A stretch of 64,000 bases of DNA, taken from Octopus bimaculoides. Its lineage: Eukaryota. The translations under genes and the position numbers were made by a program. The notes under the pieces are model-generated. The model was not told where the DNA came from and searched no databases. It saw nothing but the letters and a program-made list of their open reading frames with translations. Location of the stretch: the NCBI RefSeq assembly GCF_001194135.2, contig NC_068987.1, positions 95,566,767 through 95,630,766 on the forward strand, read 5' to 3'. Numbering within the stretch: the stretch's first letter is position 1; the number at the start of each line of letters is the position of its first letter. Below, in pieces: positions 47,905-59,800 of the stretch.

Positions 47905-48115
47905 TTTCAAATTTTGGCACAAGGCCAGCAATTGCGAGTGGGGCTTAACCGATTACATTGACCCTAGTGCTCAACTAGTACTTATTTTATCGACCCCGAA
48001 AGGATGAAAGGCAAAATTGACCCCGGTAGAATTTGAACTCAGAACGTAAAGATGGAGGAAATGCCGCTAAGCATTTTGGTCAACATGCTAACGATTCTGC
48101 TATCTCGCCGCCCTT
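47905..48115 (-). mobile_element. SINE group A, full length
   Basis: ttttggcacaaggccagc..cgaccccgaaaggatgaaaggc..gaatttgaactcagaacgtaaag..gctaacgattctgc. Confidence 0.9.
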
Positions 48116-48299
48116 TCCAGATGAAATATTAAGAAACATTCAAATACGCAGATGCACACATACAAAAAAAAAAGTTACATATGTACATGTAGTGAAACTA
48201 CCTATCGTCACTAGATACAAAACTACTATCGCCATTACATACAATCTTCTCATTTAAATATAAATAAATGCGAGCGTAGTAGAGAACCCATTCCTTGTC

Positions 48300-48430
48300 A
48301 TCACGTGACCGATCATTATTCGAATCGGCAACTTCTTCGAACCTTTCCCGCCAGAACGCAAACTGACCAATCACGGCCCCTAATAAGGTCACGTGATAGA
48401 GTAAAATTCTGAAGCCTTCGGGAGCCAATA
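48300..48430. promoter_or_regulatory. Promoter-like motif cluster (2 E-boxes, E2F-like site, 2 CCAAT)
   Basis: TCACGTGAC 48301, TTTCCCGCCA 48344, CCAAT 48367, GTCACGTGA 48388, CCAAT 48425. No linked exon seen. Confidence 0.4.
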
Positions 48431-49770
48431 GTTTGTTATAAATAGCTTTAACTCATACCCAACAAGTTTGTCTCGGTCCAGTTTCTCNNNNNNNNNNNNN
48501 NNNNNNNNNNNNNNNNNNNNNNNNNNNNNNNNNNNNNNNNNNNNNNNNNNNNNNNNNNNNNNNNNNNNNNNNNNNNNNNNNNNNNNNNNNNNNNNNNNNN
48601 NNNNNNNNNNNNNNNNNNNNNNNNNNNNNNNNNNNNNNNNNNNNNNNNNNNNNNNNNNNNNNNNNNNNNNNNNNNNNNNNNNNNNNNNNNNNNNNNNNNN
48701 NNNNNNNNNNNNNNNNNNNNNNNNNNNNNNNNNNNNNNNNNNNNNNNNNNNNNNNNNNNNNNNNNNNNNNNNNNNNNNNNNNNNNNNNNNNNNNNNNNNN
48801 NNNNNNNNNNNNNNNNNNNNNNNNNNNNNNNNNNNNNNNNNNNNNNNNNNNNNNNNNNNNNNNNNNNNNNNNNNNNNNNNNNNNNNNNNNNNNNNNNNNN
48901 NNNNNNNNNNNNNNNNNNNNNNNTACTGACTCTTTCTCTGCTGTAATATTTCACATACACACACATGTATCACTCACATACACACTTTTCTTTGTATGAC
49001 GGCCTGTCTTTGATTATGTTCTTATATGTCGCATTCACACTCTCACACAGACATACATCTTTAACGCTACAATAAATATCTCTGTTATTCATCTAATACG
49101 GTTGTGGTCATTCATTACTGGTCATCTATGTTATCGTCGTATAACATATCATGTATATCATATTTGATATATATTATTTTGTGTACGACCGTGTGACACG
49201 TTTAAATAAAAGGAGTCCTCTGTTTTCCCATTCGTCACCATTTCTCCTTTTTGAGTTCGCACGGTCGTCCCTTACATACACATAAGCTCAGGCCTAAACA
49301 ACCATATATTCGTACATAAAGAGGGGGCCCAGATAAAGGTACTATATATATAGATTTTTGGTTCCTATGCCACAACGTATGCCGTAGTAATCCACGTGTG
49401 ATTTAACAGTTTGATTTAACCGCTTGATAACTGCTTTGGTTTCTTCTCTAATTTGGAACTTCTTTGCATTTATTAAAAACAAAATAACAGTACTTCTTTT
49501 TGCCTTATTTTTACCGAACTTGTATTTAAAGAAGAAAAAAATAGTATTTTGAACTAATTACATAAAGCGAAAAATACTTTCCTGCGCCGACGTGACTAAT
49601 TTCGATATCAAATATGTGCATATTTATGTATGTATTTGTGTGTATATATGCATATGTATATATGTATGTATGTATGTATTTAAGAATACAGGAATAAATG
49701 TGTATATGTATGAATGCGTGTGTATGAATGTTTGTGTATATGTATGTGTGTACATGTTTGTGTGTATATA

Positions 49771-50549
49771 CGAGCGAGGCTGAGAAGTTCCTATCTTTGA
49801 GTAAAAGAAAATAGAAGACGATCAGTTAATTATGATTTTATTGAACATATTCACCCCATCAGATTCACACACTCATTGCAGCGATCCTTCAGCTTTTCTA
49901 AGCTCTGTAAAAGAACTCGGGAGGTTGGGACTTCAGCCAGGCCTTTCGCGATGATACCATGGGTAAAACTTAGATCAAGGTGTAGTACAACGGCTTCAAA
50001 CATGGCCGTACTATCCACAAACTGAAACGATGAGCCGATTGAGAAGGTTCGGTGAATGGCCATAGAAGACCACCATATCACAAATCTAGAAAATTTCTCA
50101 CAAAGTGGAAATAATCACAAGATCAGAGCATTCCATTTTAACGGCGGATTTGTGCATGCGGAGAGTGACGGCAAAATTCATCCTCGAGTTGCTGGCAAAG
50201 CAGCAAAAGCAACTCCGCATGGAAATCACCCAGGACATTGCTGGATTGTGCAAACTACGACCCAGACTTCATGAAGACCATCATCACTGGCGATGAGACA
50301 TAGCTTTGTGATCTTTATTTAATGCGTTCGGTCATCTTGCGTGAAAACGAAAATTCAACGAGCCGGGAACTGACGCGTAACAGCCGGCAACTGACGCATA
50401 ATAGACGGGAATTAACGTGCCCTACCAGCGCGAAAAGTTTTATGCATGCACAGGAAGGGTGGCATCACCTCCCACCCAAAGAATTTTACCCACGCGGCAT
50501 TAGTTTTGGCGGTAAAAGATAAAGTCGGATACTTTTTAAACGCGCCTCG
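49771..50549. mobile_element. Rearranged mariner: 3' end (minus), inverted transposase middle (plus), 5' end (minus); TA on both sides
   Basis: LEKLKDRCNECVNL on minus; DTMGKT.IK..HSILTADLCMRRVTAKF..DPDFMKTIITGDET on plus; MTERI start and TIR tacgaggcgcgtttaaaaagt on minus. Confidence 0.75.
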
Positions 50550-50589
50550 TATATGTATGTATATTTTACTTTTATTAATTTCAACCAGA

Positions 50590-51180
50590 GGTTATGACCG
50601 TGCTGGGTGTATTGCCATCGGTGTGCTTATTAGTTTACATAATTTCATTTCCACGACCCTCTCTCTTTGGTTTTGGTGAATGGGCAAATTGGACAACGCC
50701 ACCCTTGGTCCCGTTTCCTGCCGTGACGTGGGTTCATCTAGTATCTCAGAAATGTATCTAAGTATTGTTTTCCTTTTAAGAAATCCATATTTATATCTCA
50801 TAGATATTTGCGGCTTTTCGACATGGTACTGAAAAACTGTGAATCCATAAACTCTAAGCATTGGATCCATACCCCAGCCTCTGGCTCACAGACACGCTGT
50901 ATCCTTTTTCTGACTTTCTATCGCTACTATGATGGTAGGCTCGTGCTAGCTCTATTTATGCATTCCTGACACAAAAGTGCCTCGATTTTTCACCCCTTGT
51001 TTCATCTGACTCCTCAGATTTTGCACTAATCACTACGACCCATCTTTCCTTCCCAAGATATCGATCCTCTGGAGTTCCCTCCATGCTCACCGTTCCTACG
51101 GGTATTGACTTGAATGGCTCAAGATGAACATTAATGGCATCAATTTTCACGGTCTCGAATGTCCTGCGATAGGCCATGGA
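50590..51180 (-). mobile_element. Highly degenerate LINE (RTE-like) RT 3' fragment
   Basis: Weak similarity in RYLG..ISAKSEESDETRGEKSR and downstream pieces; many disablements. Confidence 0.35.
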
Positions 51181-51419
51181 CATTGTCCTTTCCTCATACC
51201 CTGCAAGAAAACAAAAGAGCGTGGTTTGAATTACAATGTAATAGTAATCGTTTATTTAAATAAACCAAAACTACTAACACTGAGAACTTTTAGCCCTCTC
51301 CTCCAAAATTTCAGGTCTTGTACTTACAGCAGAAAGAATTATTATCATATGACAATTCAAAGCTTATATGATGGATATGATGGACAATTCAAAGGCTGGA
51401 TATGATGGAAAGTGTCAGC

Positions 51420-51942
51420 TGTCCACAGCCAGCAGACTAAGGTGGCACTTGTTTATTGGTCATGCCTCAAGAGCCCTGTGAAGAATTCTTGCAATTCCAA
51501 GTAATTCTAATTTTTGTAGGCGTTCTATCTTCACACTTGCACCAATCTTTTTCAGCTATGTTGGCAGTTGAGTGCCGATACTTCCAAGAACACCAATTAC
51601 TATTGGTATCACGTCTACTCTCCTCATTGACCACAACTTTCGTATTTCCCACTTCAAATCGTCATAGTTGTTTATTTTTTCTTCTTCTTTCACATTGATC
51701 CTGTTGTCACCGGGACATGCTATGTCGATTATCATACATGTTCTTACTTTTTTATTCACCACAACAATGTCCGGTTTCCGATGTCTGGTCGGATGATCGC
51801 ACTATATCATTGCATCCCACAGGATTTTGTAATCCTCATTCTCGCTGAGTCCTGGAGTTTGTTGAATCCACGTCTTTGCTCTTTGTAGGCTGTGATTTCC
51901 AGAGCTCCCAACGGTTCATTCTAGCCACATGGTCATGGCATC

Positions 51943-51945
<3 letters not shown>
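51420..51945 (-). mobile_element. R4/Dong-like RLE endonuclease fragment, second family
   Basis: RKPDIVVVNKKVRTCMIIDIACPGDNRINVKEEEKINNYDDLKWEIRKLWSMRRVDVIPIVIGVLG. Confidence 0.85.
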
Positions 51946-51996
<51 letters not shown>

Positions 51997-51999
51997 CAT

Positions 52000-52450
52000 G
52001 AAGGTAACGAGCTGGTAGAATCGTTAACACGCTAGGGAAAATGTTTAGCGGCATTTCGTCCGTCTTTACGTTCTGAGTTCAAATTCCGCCCAAGTCGACT
52101 TTGCCATTTATCCTTCCCGGGTCGATAAAATAAGTATCAGTTGAAATACTGGGGTCGATGTAATCGACTTACTACCTCGCTGGAAAGGCTAGCCTTGTGC
52201 CAAAATTTGAAATCATTATTATTATTATAAAGGCGACGAGCTAGCAGAATCGTTAGCACGCCAGACAAAATGCTTTGCGGTATTTCACCCGTTGCTACGT
52301 TTTGAGTTCAAATTCCGCCGAGGTCGACTTTTCTTTTTATCCTTTCGGGGTCGATGAAATAAGTAGCAATTGATCAATGGGGTTGATGTAGTTGACTAGC
52401 TCCCTTCCCCAAATGTTCAGGCCTTGTGCCTATAATAGAAAGATCATTAT
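52000..52450 (+). mobile_element. Two tandem full-length SINE group A copies separated by (ATT)n
   Basis: Both begin gcgagct.gcagaatcgtta.cacg and end gccttgtgcc..attattatt. Confidence 0.9.
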
Positions 52451-52889
52451 TATTACAAAGATGCTATTGGAGGAAATCCCTCTGGAGGATGTTGCCAATA
52501 CTTGCTTTTAATCTCTTGATATTGTGTAATTCAAATGCTTAATATTATCTAATTGAAATATAATCTAATTCAAAACTAGCATGAAGGCTATCAAAATAAA
52601 GTTGAGAAATACGATATAACTTCAAATACTTAGAGCTGTTCTCTCAATAAAATATAGCTTGAAGCGACATGATAAATAGATATTGCAATGATTATTGTTT
52701 ACATGAACTAACACTAAACAGAATTAGTACAATGGAGAATTAGTAGATATATATATAATTCAGAAGCAAAGTAGCAGTATGTGAACTACGCAAAGATTCT
52801 GATTTAGAATACTTGTTAAGCTCTGATTCAAGAGTATTAGCAAAGATTTGTTTCCATATTCATCTGTCTTATTCATTTTCTGCTACTGC

Positions 52890-53094
52890 TCCTCCTCCTC
52901 CTCCTCCTCCTCCTCCTCGTCGTCGTCGTCGTCGTCTTCTTCTTCTTCTTCTTCTTCTTCTTCTTCTTCTTCTTCTTCTTCTTCTTCTTCTTCTTCTTCT
53001 TCTTCTTCTTCTTCTTCTTCTTCTTCTTCTTCTTCTTCTTCTTCTTCTTCTTCTTCTTCTTCTTCTTCTTCTTCTTCTTCTTCTTCTTCTTCTT
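52890..53094. repeat. Compound trinucleotide microsatellite (TCC)n(TCG)n(TCT)n
   Basis: Direct reading. Confidence 0.97.
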
Positions 53095-53544
53095 GTAGTG
53101 GTGTGAGATGTGATAGCTGTGTTGTTTTCACGCTTTATTTCCTTTGTGCTTTTGTTGTTGTCGTCATTGTTTTTGTTATTCATAGATTCTCTGTTAATTG
53201 TAGCAGACAGTGGTGAGAAACTATTTTCATAATGACTTATCCAAACGCCATTTCTTCCTTCGATTTTAAAAAGACATATTGCTGTTTTTGTTTTCCTTTT
53301 ATCTTGAAAAATGAAGGAAAAAAAATCACTTTACTTTCAAAAGTTACAACTTTGCTCTTAAAAGTTACAAAATTCACACCGAGATGGCAAAATGTTCAAA
53401 AAGCCAACTAGCCTCAGAGGATTGGGATTGGCTTCATAACAAAATGGTACAGCAAAAATCAAAATAAATTTCTTCGAAACAAAATCTAACAACAACTTAC
53501 AGCGCCAAGACGACATCTTTCTCTTACGAACACAATAATAATGA

Positions 53545-53945
53545 TTTCAAATTTTGGCATAAGGCCAGGAATGTTAAAGAGTGAGAGATGGTCGGTTGCA
53601 TCGACCCCGTTTTCAAATGGCACTTATTTTATCAACTCCGAAAAGATAAAAGGCAAAGAAGGCGAACTCGGCGGGATATGAACTGAAAGCACATAGCCGG
53701 AAGAAATACTCCTACATATTTTGTCCGACAGGCTAACGATTCAACCAGCTCCCCGTGTTAGCAACACCAACAACAATACTAATAATTCTTTCTACTGTAG
53801 GCACTGGTACTTATTTCATCGATTGCGAAAGGATGAAGGATAAAGTCGACCACAGTGGAGTTTTAATTCAGAACATAAAGACAGACGAAATGCCGCTAAG
53901 CATATTGCTCGGTGTGCTAACGATTCTGCCACCTCGCTGCCTTAA
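53545..53945 (-). mobile_element. Two tandem SINE group A copies
   Basis: ttttggcataaggcc..; ..aaaggatgaaggataaagtcgacc..gctaacgattctgccacctcgc. Confidence 0.75.
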
Positions 53946-54009
53946 TAACAACAACAACAACAACAACAACAACACCAACAACAATAACAACAGCAATAAT
54001 AGTAAAAAT

Positions 54010-54260
54010 ATTATGCATTGGAAACTGTGATTAAAGACGTAGACAAATGATTGAAGGAAATTGGTATAAAATTCCTGTGGAGCTTCTACAGAAAGTTTGC
54101 GTCTTTGGGATAGGAAAGATTATCAGGAGGGTTTTAAGCATTTGAAAGACTATTGAAAGCTTGTGGATACGTAAGATTACAGGTAGTAACCTGCTACCTA
54201 CATAAATTCTACCAGGAATAAGAACAAACCTGAGTCAAATCAATAATAATAATAGTAATA
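54010..54260 (+). mobile_element. R4/Dong-like 3' end with (AAT)n tail
   Basis: KEIGIKFPVELLQKVCVFGIGKIIRRVLSI* then 3' UTR ending gagtcaaatcaataataat. Confidence 0.6.
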
Positions 54261-54849
54261 ATAAATGAAACACTGAAATAGAGGACAGCTTTATTTCAAA
54301 TTTTATTATTTTTAATTCACGTATTTGTTGATCTCAAAGGAAAATAAATTTACATAAAATTCCACTGAGACGAAAAGAAATGTATAAGCAGACACAGCAG
54401 ACTAGAGTCCCTTTCCCAAATTCCCAGGCCTTGTGCCTATAGTAGAAAGAATTATAGCACATACGATTTCACAAACGCTATCTAAATTATTAATACATAT
54501 ATCGATGACAAGTATCACATGATTTAATAGACAAGAATAAATTGATATTTTGCTGTGAGTTAATTCCTTTAGTTTGGAAGCAAGCCTGGGTGTTTTTAAT
54601 GTCTAGAAAGATGGATCTCCATCGTCAAAAAAGCACAGAAAGAAAAACGATGGCAACGCACCAAACAGCATACCTCACCTGGTATCTGTATTTTCTTCTT
54701 TACCAATTAGCTGCTCTATTCAGTATACATCAGCGGATGCAATATTCAGACACACTGTCAGTCATGTATGTTAGGGTTACTGGATGTTTTGAGTCTTACA
54801 ACATACAACCTCATACTAGCGACAAGACCAAGCATGATCAAGATTAGGC

Positions 54850-55165
54850 CTGTGTCCAAGAGTCATTCTACTAACCCTACTGATATCTCTTTGCAGCTAG
54901 AGCCAACGTGATACTTTTTCAGCAGTGTCTACGTTGTTCTTGCTGGTTCTACTTCTCTTCATTCCTATTACGTCGGGAGTTCCACGGGCCTTACTCAGAA
55001 TACGACTTGTGAAACCATGTCAGCCAACCTCCATTGACAAACACCTTGTTTTCCATCAATTCTTGCAGTAGTCGTCCACCAGTTTCTGGTATTTAATTCT
55101 TTTCTTTGCTTGCGCCTCCTCCATCCTCTTTTCCCAGGACACAGTTAACTCCAATAGGATTAGCT
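54850..55165 (-). mobile_element. RLE-clade (HERO/NeSL-like) non-LTR endonuclease C-terminal fragment
   Basis: ILLELTVSWEKRMEEAQAKKELKYQKLVDDYCKN*WKTRCLSMEVG*HGF. Confidence 0.7.
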
Positions 55166-55379
55166 AACTTGTCTCGGAAATAAAGATGATATCTAGTCTC
55201 AGCAAGGTTTGGATGATAAGAGCTGGAAATTTTAGCTGTTTCTTCAGATCAAATTCTACCGAGAAAAGTTTTCGTTTTTCACAACACCCACAGCTTCTTT
55301 TCTTGTACTCCACAGAGTTGACGCATTGACTAGTGTTTAGTATCAGAACATCCCTACATTGGGTTGATGAAGAAAAAAC

Positions 55380-55770
55380 GTGAGGCGTGGCTGTGGGGTA
55401 AGAAGCTTGCTTCCCATCCACATGGTTCCGGGTTCAGTCCCATTACATGGCACCCTGGGCAAGTGTCTTCTCCTATTACCTCAGGCCGACTAAAGCCGTG
55501 TGAGTGGATTTGATATATGGAAACTGAAAGAAGCCCGTCATGTGCGTGTGTCTGTGTGTGTGTGTCTGCGTTTGTACACCCACTACTGCTTGACAACTGG
55601 GGTAGGTATATTTGCGTCCCCGTAACTTAGCAGCTCGGTAAAAGATACCGAGAGAATAAATACCAGGCTTAAAAAACTAAGTATTAGGGGCCGATTCATT
55701 CGACAAAATTCAAAGAGGCGTTCCAGTATGGCCGCAGTTTAATGACTGAAACTAGTAAAAGATAAAAGAT
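55380..55770 (+). mobile_element. SINE group B, full length
   Basis: ggcgtggctgtggggtaagaagc..gggttcagtcc ... ccagtatggccgcagtttaatgactgaaac. Confidence 0.88.
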
Positions 55771-55809
55771 AGAAACATTCTACAGTTCCGAGAGAGGTAA
55801 CAGTATTTA

Positions 55810-56620
55810 CAGGACCGGAAACTGTGTGTATACATACCAAGTTCATTGTATGGTTTGTAAAAACGACAAATTCTATTTTACGATTGTATGAGCGACAAAT
55901 TCTGTTTTACTATTGTACACACGGTATATTCTACTTTCCGATTAATTCCTTTGTTGCTTCGTAAATCACTAGTATACTAACCAGCCATCACAACAGCATT
56001 ATCATGTTTGTCTCGGTGGTTAACCTTTTGATTCAACTTAATCCAAAAATGACCCACAATCTTTACTGTATTTTTATGGCTCATAACGTGACGTAAAACA
56101 AGACTCGTTTGGTTTTCATATAAAATATTGGGAATGCCATCGAATATCATGGAAAAATACTGGCTTGTTTTACTCGCTCGACGGCTTTGTTTCTTTACTT
56201 CTTTAAGCCCAAAATTTCTATAAACTCGTTCCGACAAGTAGGTAACACAGGAAATAGTACACTTCTTTCCCAGCTTGATTCTTAGAAGATGCTCACGCAA
56301 TGATGGGTCATATTTTGACAACAAATGGCCTAACTCTAAAAACATTCCTTTATTTTCCGTTGTTTCGGGTCAGTCTCATTATTAATTTCATAGTGACCTC
56401 GAAAAGCCAGATTCTATTTAACTGACAATCTAATGATGTCAAATATTCCTGAAAGAAATCTTTCCACTTCTTCATTTCAATAGCTTCTTGTTCTTTTATT
56501 TTTTTTCCTCCATGAGCAGTCCTAATTTTGAACTCTTTCTATTGTGTACAATTCCAAACATGAGCTACACTGGATTCACGATCGAATACTCTAATTAAAC
56601 TTTTAGTGACTTCTGTATGA
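55810..56620 (-). mobile_element. hAT-type transposase fragment (DUF4371/ZMYM1-like region) with possible terminus
   Basis: NLAFRGH..KGMFLELGHLLSKYDPSLREHL..TYLS..SQYFSMIFDGIP..QTSLVLRHV; short subterminal direct repeats at 55865-55920 and caggaccgg at 55810. Confidence 0.7.
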
Positions 56621-57564
56621 AAATAGTCTACAAGAAAAATAGTAAGGAGATTCCTTGGAAAAAGACTATGCCGACAATGATCTCAACAAGTTTTTTTTTG
56701 GGGGGGGGGGTTACCATTTGGCAGAGTTCCAAAAATTCTACAATCGTGTTACTTTTCTTGGTGTTCCTTGACATATCACTTTTCCAAAGTCAGAATCTAA
56801 ATGTTGAAACACAGACTAACAAGATATGTATGTCAGTGTTAATTTTACTTGGCTATTGATCAACTTTTAAGTCCACGACCTGATATTTTTTCTATGTCGC
56901 GCTCTAAATCACTTGTGACTGAAGAAATATTTGAGCTGAATAATCACTTTAATTTGATGTTGGCTTTTGGAATTGGGAATTGTTTCATGTTCGATAGTCA
57001 CAAATTTTCACGATTTCGACAGAGCCTCTTCACTTTTCTTTTTAATCTTATTTTTTTTCTAAAAGTAGCACTTTTTTTTTTGTTGTTATCTTCAACTGAG
57101 GGCAAACTGATATAACAATGAAATAGTCTAATAATTAATTTGACGAATTTCTGATTGGGAAAAAATAATGTTGTTTCCTGTTGTTGGGTTTTAGCATTCC
57201 AATGGAGAAATATCTAGGAAAATTTTATCGTGTTAATTAACGGATGAAAGACCAAAAGTCTGTAAGTGCTATAAATGTTTAAAACTGGGCCTTAATCTCC
57301 GATCTCTAATAAAACAATTAAATAAATAAGGAATGGCAGGAAAAAGTAAATCTCTCAAACAAAACCCTAAAACTTAAGTTTGTTGAGAAAAATATTCAGC
57401 CCGCACAGTTCAAAAAATGTTACACGAACACTGAATCTCTGAGCCCAACTTCAATTATTCAAATATAACCATAATGAATTCACCATAGAAAGAAAAGATG
57501 CTACTATAAGGTGTTTCAGTTCAAATCGTGCATTACAGTTTGGAAAACAATGGCTCATTACAAA

Positions 57565-57945
57565 AGGAGTGGCTGCGTGGTAAGTAGCTTGCTTACCAAC
57601 CACATGGTTCCGGGTTCAGTCCCACTGCGTGGCACCTTGGGCAAATGTCTTCTACTATAGCCTCGGGCCGACCAAAGCCTTGTGAGTGGATTTAGTAGAC
57701 GGAAACTGAAAGAAGCCCGTCGTATATAAGTATATATATATATGTGTGTGTTTGTGTTTGTCCCCCTAGCATTGCTTGACAAATGATGCTGGTGTGTTTA
57801 TGTCCCTGTAACTTAGCGGTTCGGCAAAAGAGACCGATAGAATAAGTACTAGGCTTACAAAGAATAAGTCCCGGGGTCGATTTGCTCGACTAAAGGCAGT
57901 ACTCCAGCATGGCCGCAGTCAAATGACTGAAACAAGTAAAAGAGT
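57565..57945 (+). mobile_element. SINE group B, full length, young
   Basis: ggagtggctgcgtggtaagtagcttgcttaccaaccacatggttccgggttcagtcccactgcgtggcacc ... gactgaaacaagtaaaagagta. Confidence 0.93.
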
Positions 57946-58164
57946 ATAACAATGATTTTAAATGCAATATTCATGGGAGCAAATTCTAAGATAACTTCAC
58001 AGTACCGAGAAGATGAACCTGTGACTGCTTATTCCGAAGAGTTTTAGAATTCGCTTCGTGATTGGCAGTTTGCCCTTACTGTCATAGGGACAGTATTTTG
58101 CTTCAATTTGTTAACGTATTTCCCCTCGAATCCCTTCTTGACCTAATCTTAGGATTATAATCCT

Positions 58165-58380
58165 TTCTCCTTATAAGCACAAAGCCTGAAATTTTGTGAG
58201 GAGGGGAATAGTCGATTACATCGATCCTGCAGCAAAACTGGTACTTATTTTACTGACTCCGAAAGGATGAAAGACAAAGTTAACCACAGCAGAATTTGGA
58301 CTCAGAACTAGAATGGACGAGATACCGCTATGTATTTTGCCCGGTGTGCTAATGATTCTACCAGCTCGGCACCTTCCTTG
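58165..58380 (-). mobile_element. SINE group A, full length
   Basis: gcacaaagcctgaaattttg..gaaaggatgaaag..gaatttggactcagaac..gctaatgattctaccagctcg. Confidence 0.85.
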
Positions 58381-58789
58381 GATTATAATCGTCATTTCCC
58401 TGCTAATACCATCATGTTGGTTCCTATATTGGTTATTTATAAATATTCATGGTATAGTTTACATACATACATGATGATGGCCGTCCACTCGTGGCCGAGG
58501 AAGACCATTGCCGACCTTCGGGAACATTGTGCGCTCTAGGACTAACTTATATTTTGCATTTGCGGCTCCGTTGGTGGCTACATACATACATACATACATA
58601 CATAAGAAAGAGACCAGTAACTATTTTACCAAGTTTGTGACCATGAAATCAACAATATAATTAGGATAGTTAATGAACTTGAACGGAGGCCTGAAATAAG
58701 AGCTCATTCAGATCTTTCCTCGAGGAGAATTGGTAATATCAATGTACCAGAACAACAGAATTAAAAAATGGACCAGTTCACTGAAAAGA

Positions 58790-59520
58790 TAGTACATGGA
58801 TACTTGGCACGTAAAACACTAACCATAGAATTGATTGATCATGTAAAAAGCTCGGCATGGAGTACCTAAAAGTTTATGACATACCCCTTCGAAGGTTACA
58901 TCGATACAACCCAGGAACAAGAGAACCCACCAAGTACTTAATGCATAAAAGACAGTAAACACTGACACATAACAAATGTAGGCTGTGCAAGAACAAGATT
59001 GAAGATTTCAAGCACATTATTGCCAACTGTGAGAGAATGTCTTCCAGATATTTTCCTATGAGACATGATGCGGTGGCAGAACAGTCTGCTGCAGGATAAT
59101 ATAAAAGAAAACACCTACAGACAAAAGTTGATGCGTCAAAAGAATATTAGTGAAACTTAAAAATTAAAACAGCCACCAAGTAAAAACACAACCCGATAGA
59201 TATTGTCATGTTGGACCACAAAAAAAATATATGTTCTGCTGTGGAAATCAGCTGCCTCCTGGGCACCAATGTGGTTCGAAAAATACAAGAGAAAGAGGAC
59301 ATCTATGGACCATTGGTAAGAAGTTTGCAAATGCGGTACCTAAGATACACTTTCAGCTTCATACCTGTTATTCCTGGAGTAACAAGGTACATACCAACCC
59401 GTCTGGAGCAAAGAATGGCTGAGCTTGGGATCTTGGGGAGAGAACGCAAACTCTTAATCTACACGCTACAAATGATCACGATATCTGGGACTATAATAAT
59501 CTGCAAGACCATTTACAGAT
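58790..59520 (+). mobile_element. RLE-type non-LTR retrotransposon 3' fragment (CCHC finger and PD..D/E endonuclease)
   Basis: HGYLARK..KCRLCKNKIEDFKHIIANC..RHDAVA..PDIVMLDHKKNICSAVEISC..KIQEKEDIYGPL. Confidence 0.8.
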
Positions 59521-59654
59521 GATTTCCTTTACAACCTTACTTCCAAGTAGACAGCTGGTCAAAATTTACCCTAAATTAAGAAAGAGAAAGAAGCATGCAC
59601 ACACAGACGCACATACAGGCACATACACACATAGTATGTAGCTATTGTGTCCAT

Positions 59655-59800
59655 TCTTTGACATGCTGGTCTCTCCACACAGCGCTGGCACAACGTGAAA
59701 TGAAGTTTTTTGCTCAAGACCACAATACGCTGCGCGGTTCGGAAATCGAACCCACGATCTAGAGATGGTGAGTGTAACAGGTTAACCACTAGGGCACGCA
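59655..59800 (-). mobile_element. SINE group C head/CORE part
   Basis: cacaacgtgaaatgaagttttttgctcaagaccacaatacgc..ggaaatcgaaccc..aaccactagggcacgc. Confidence 0.7.
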
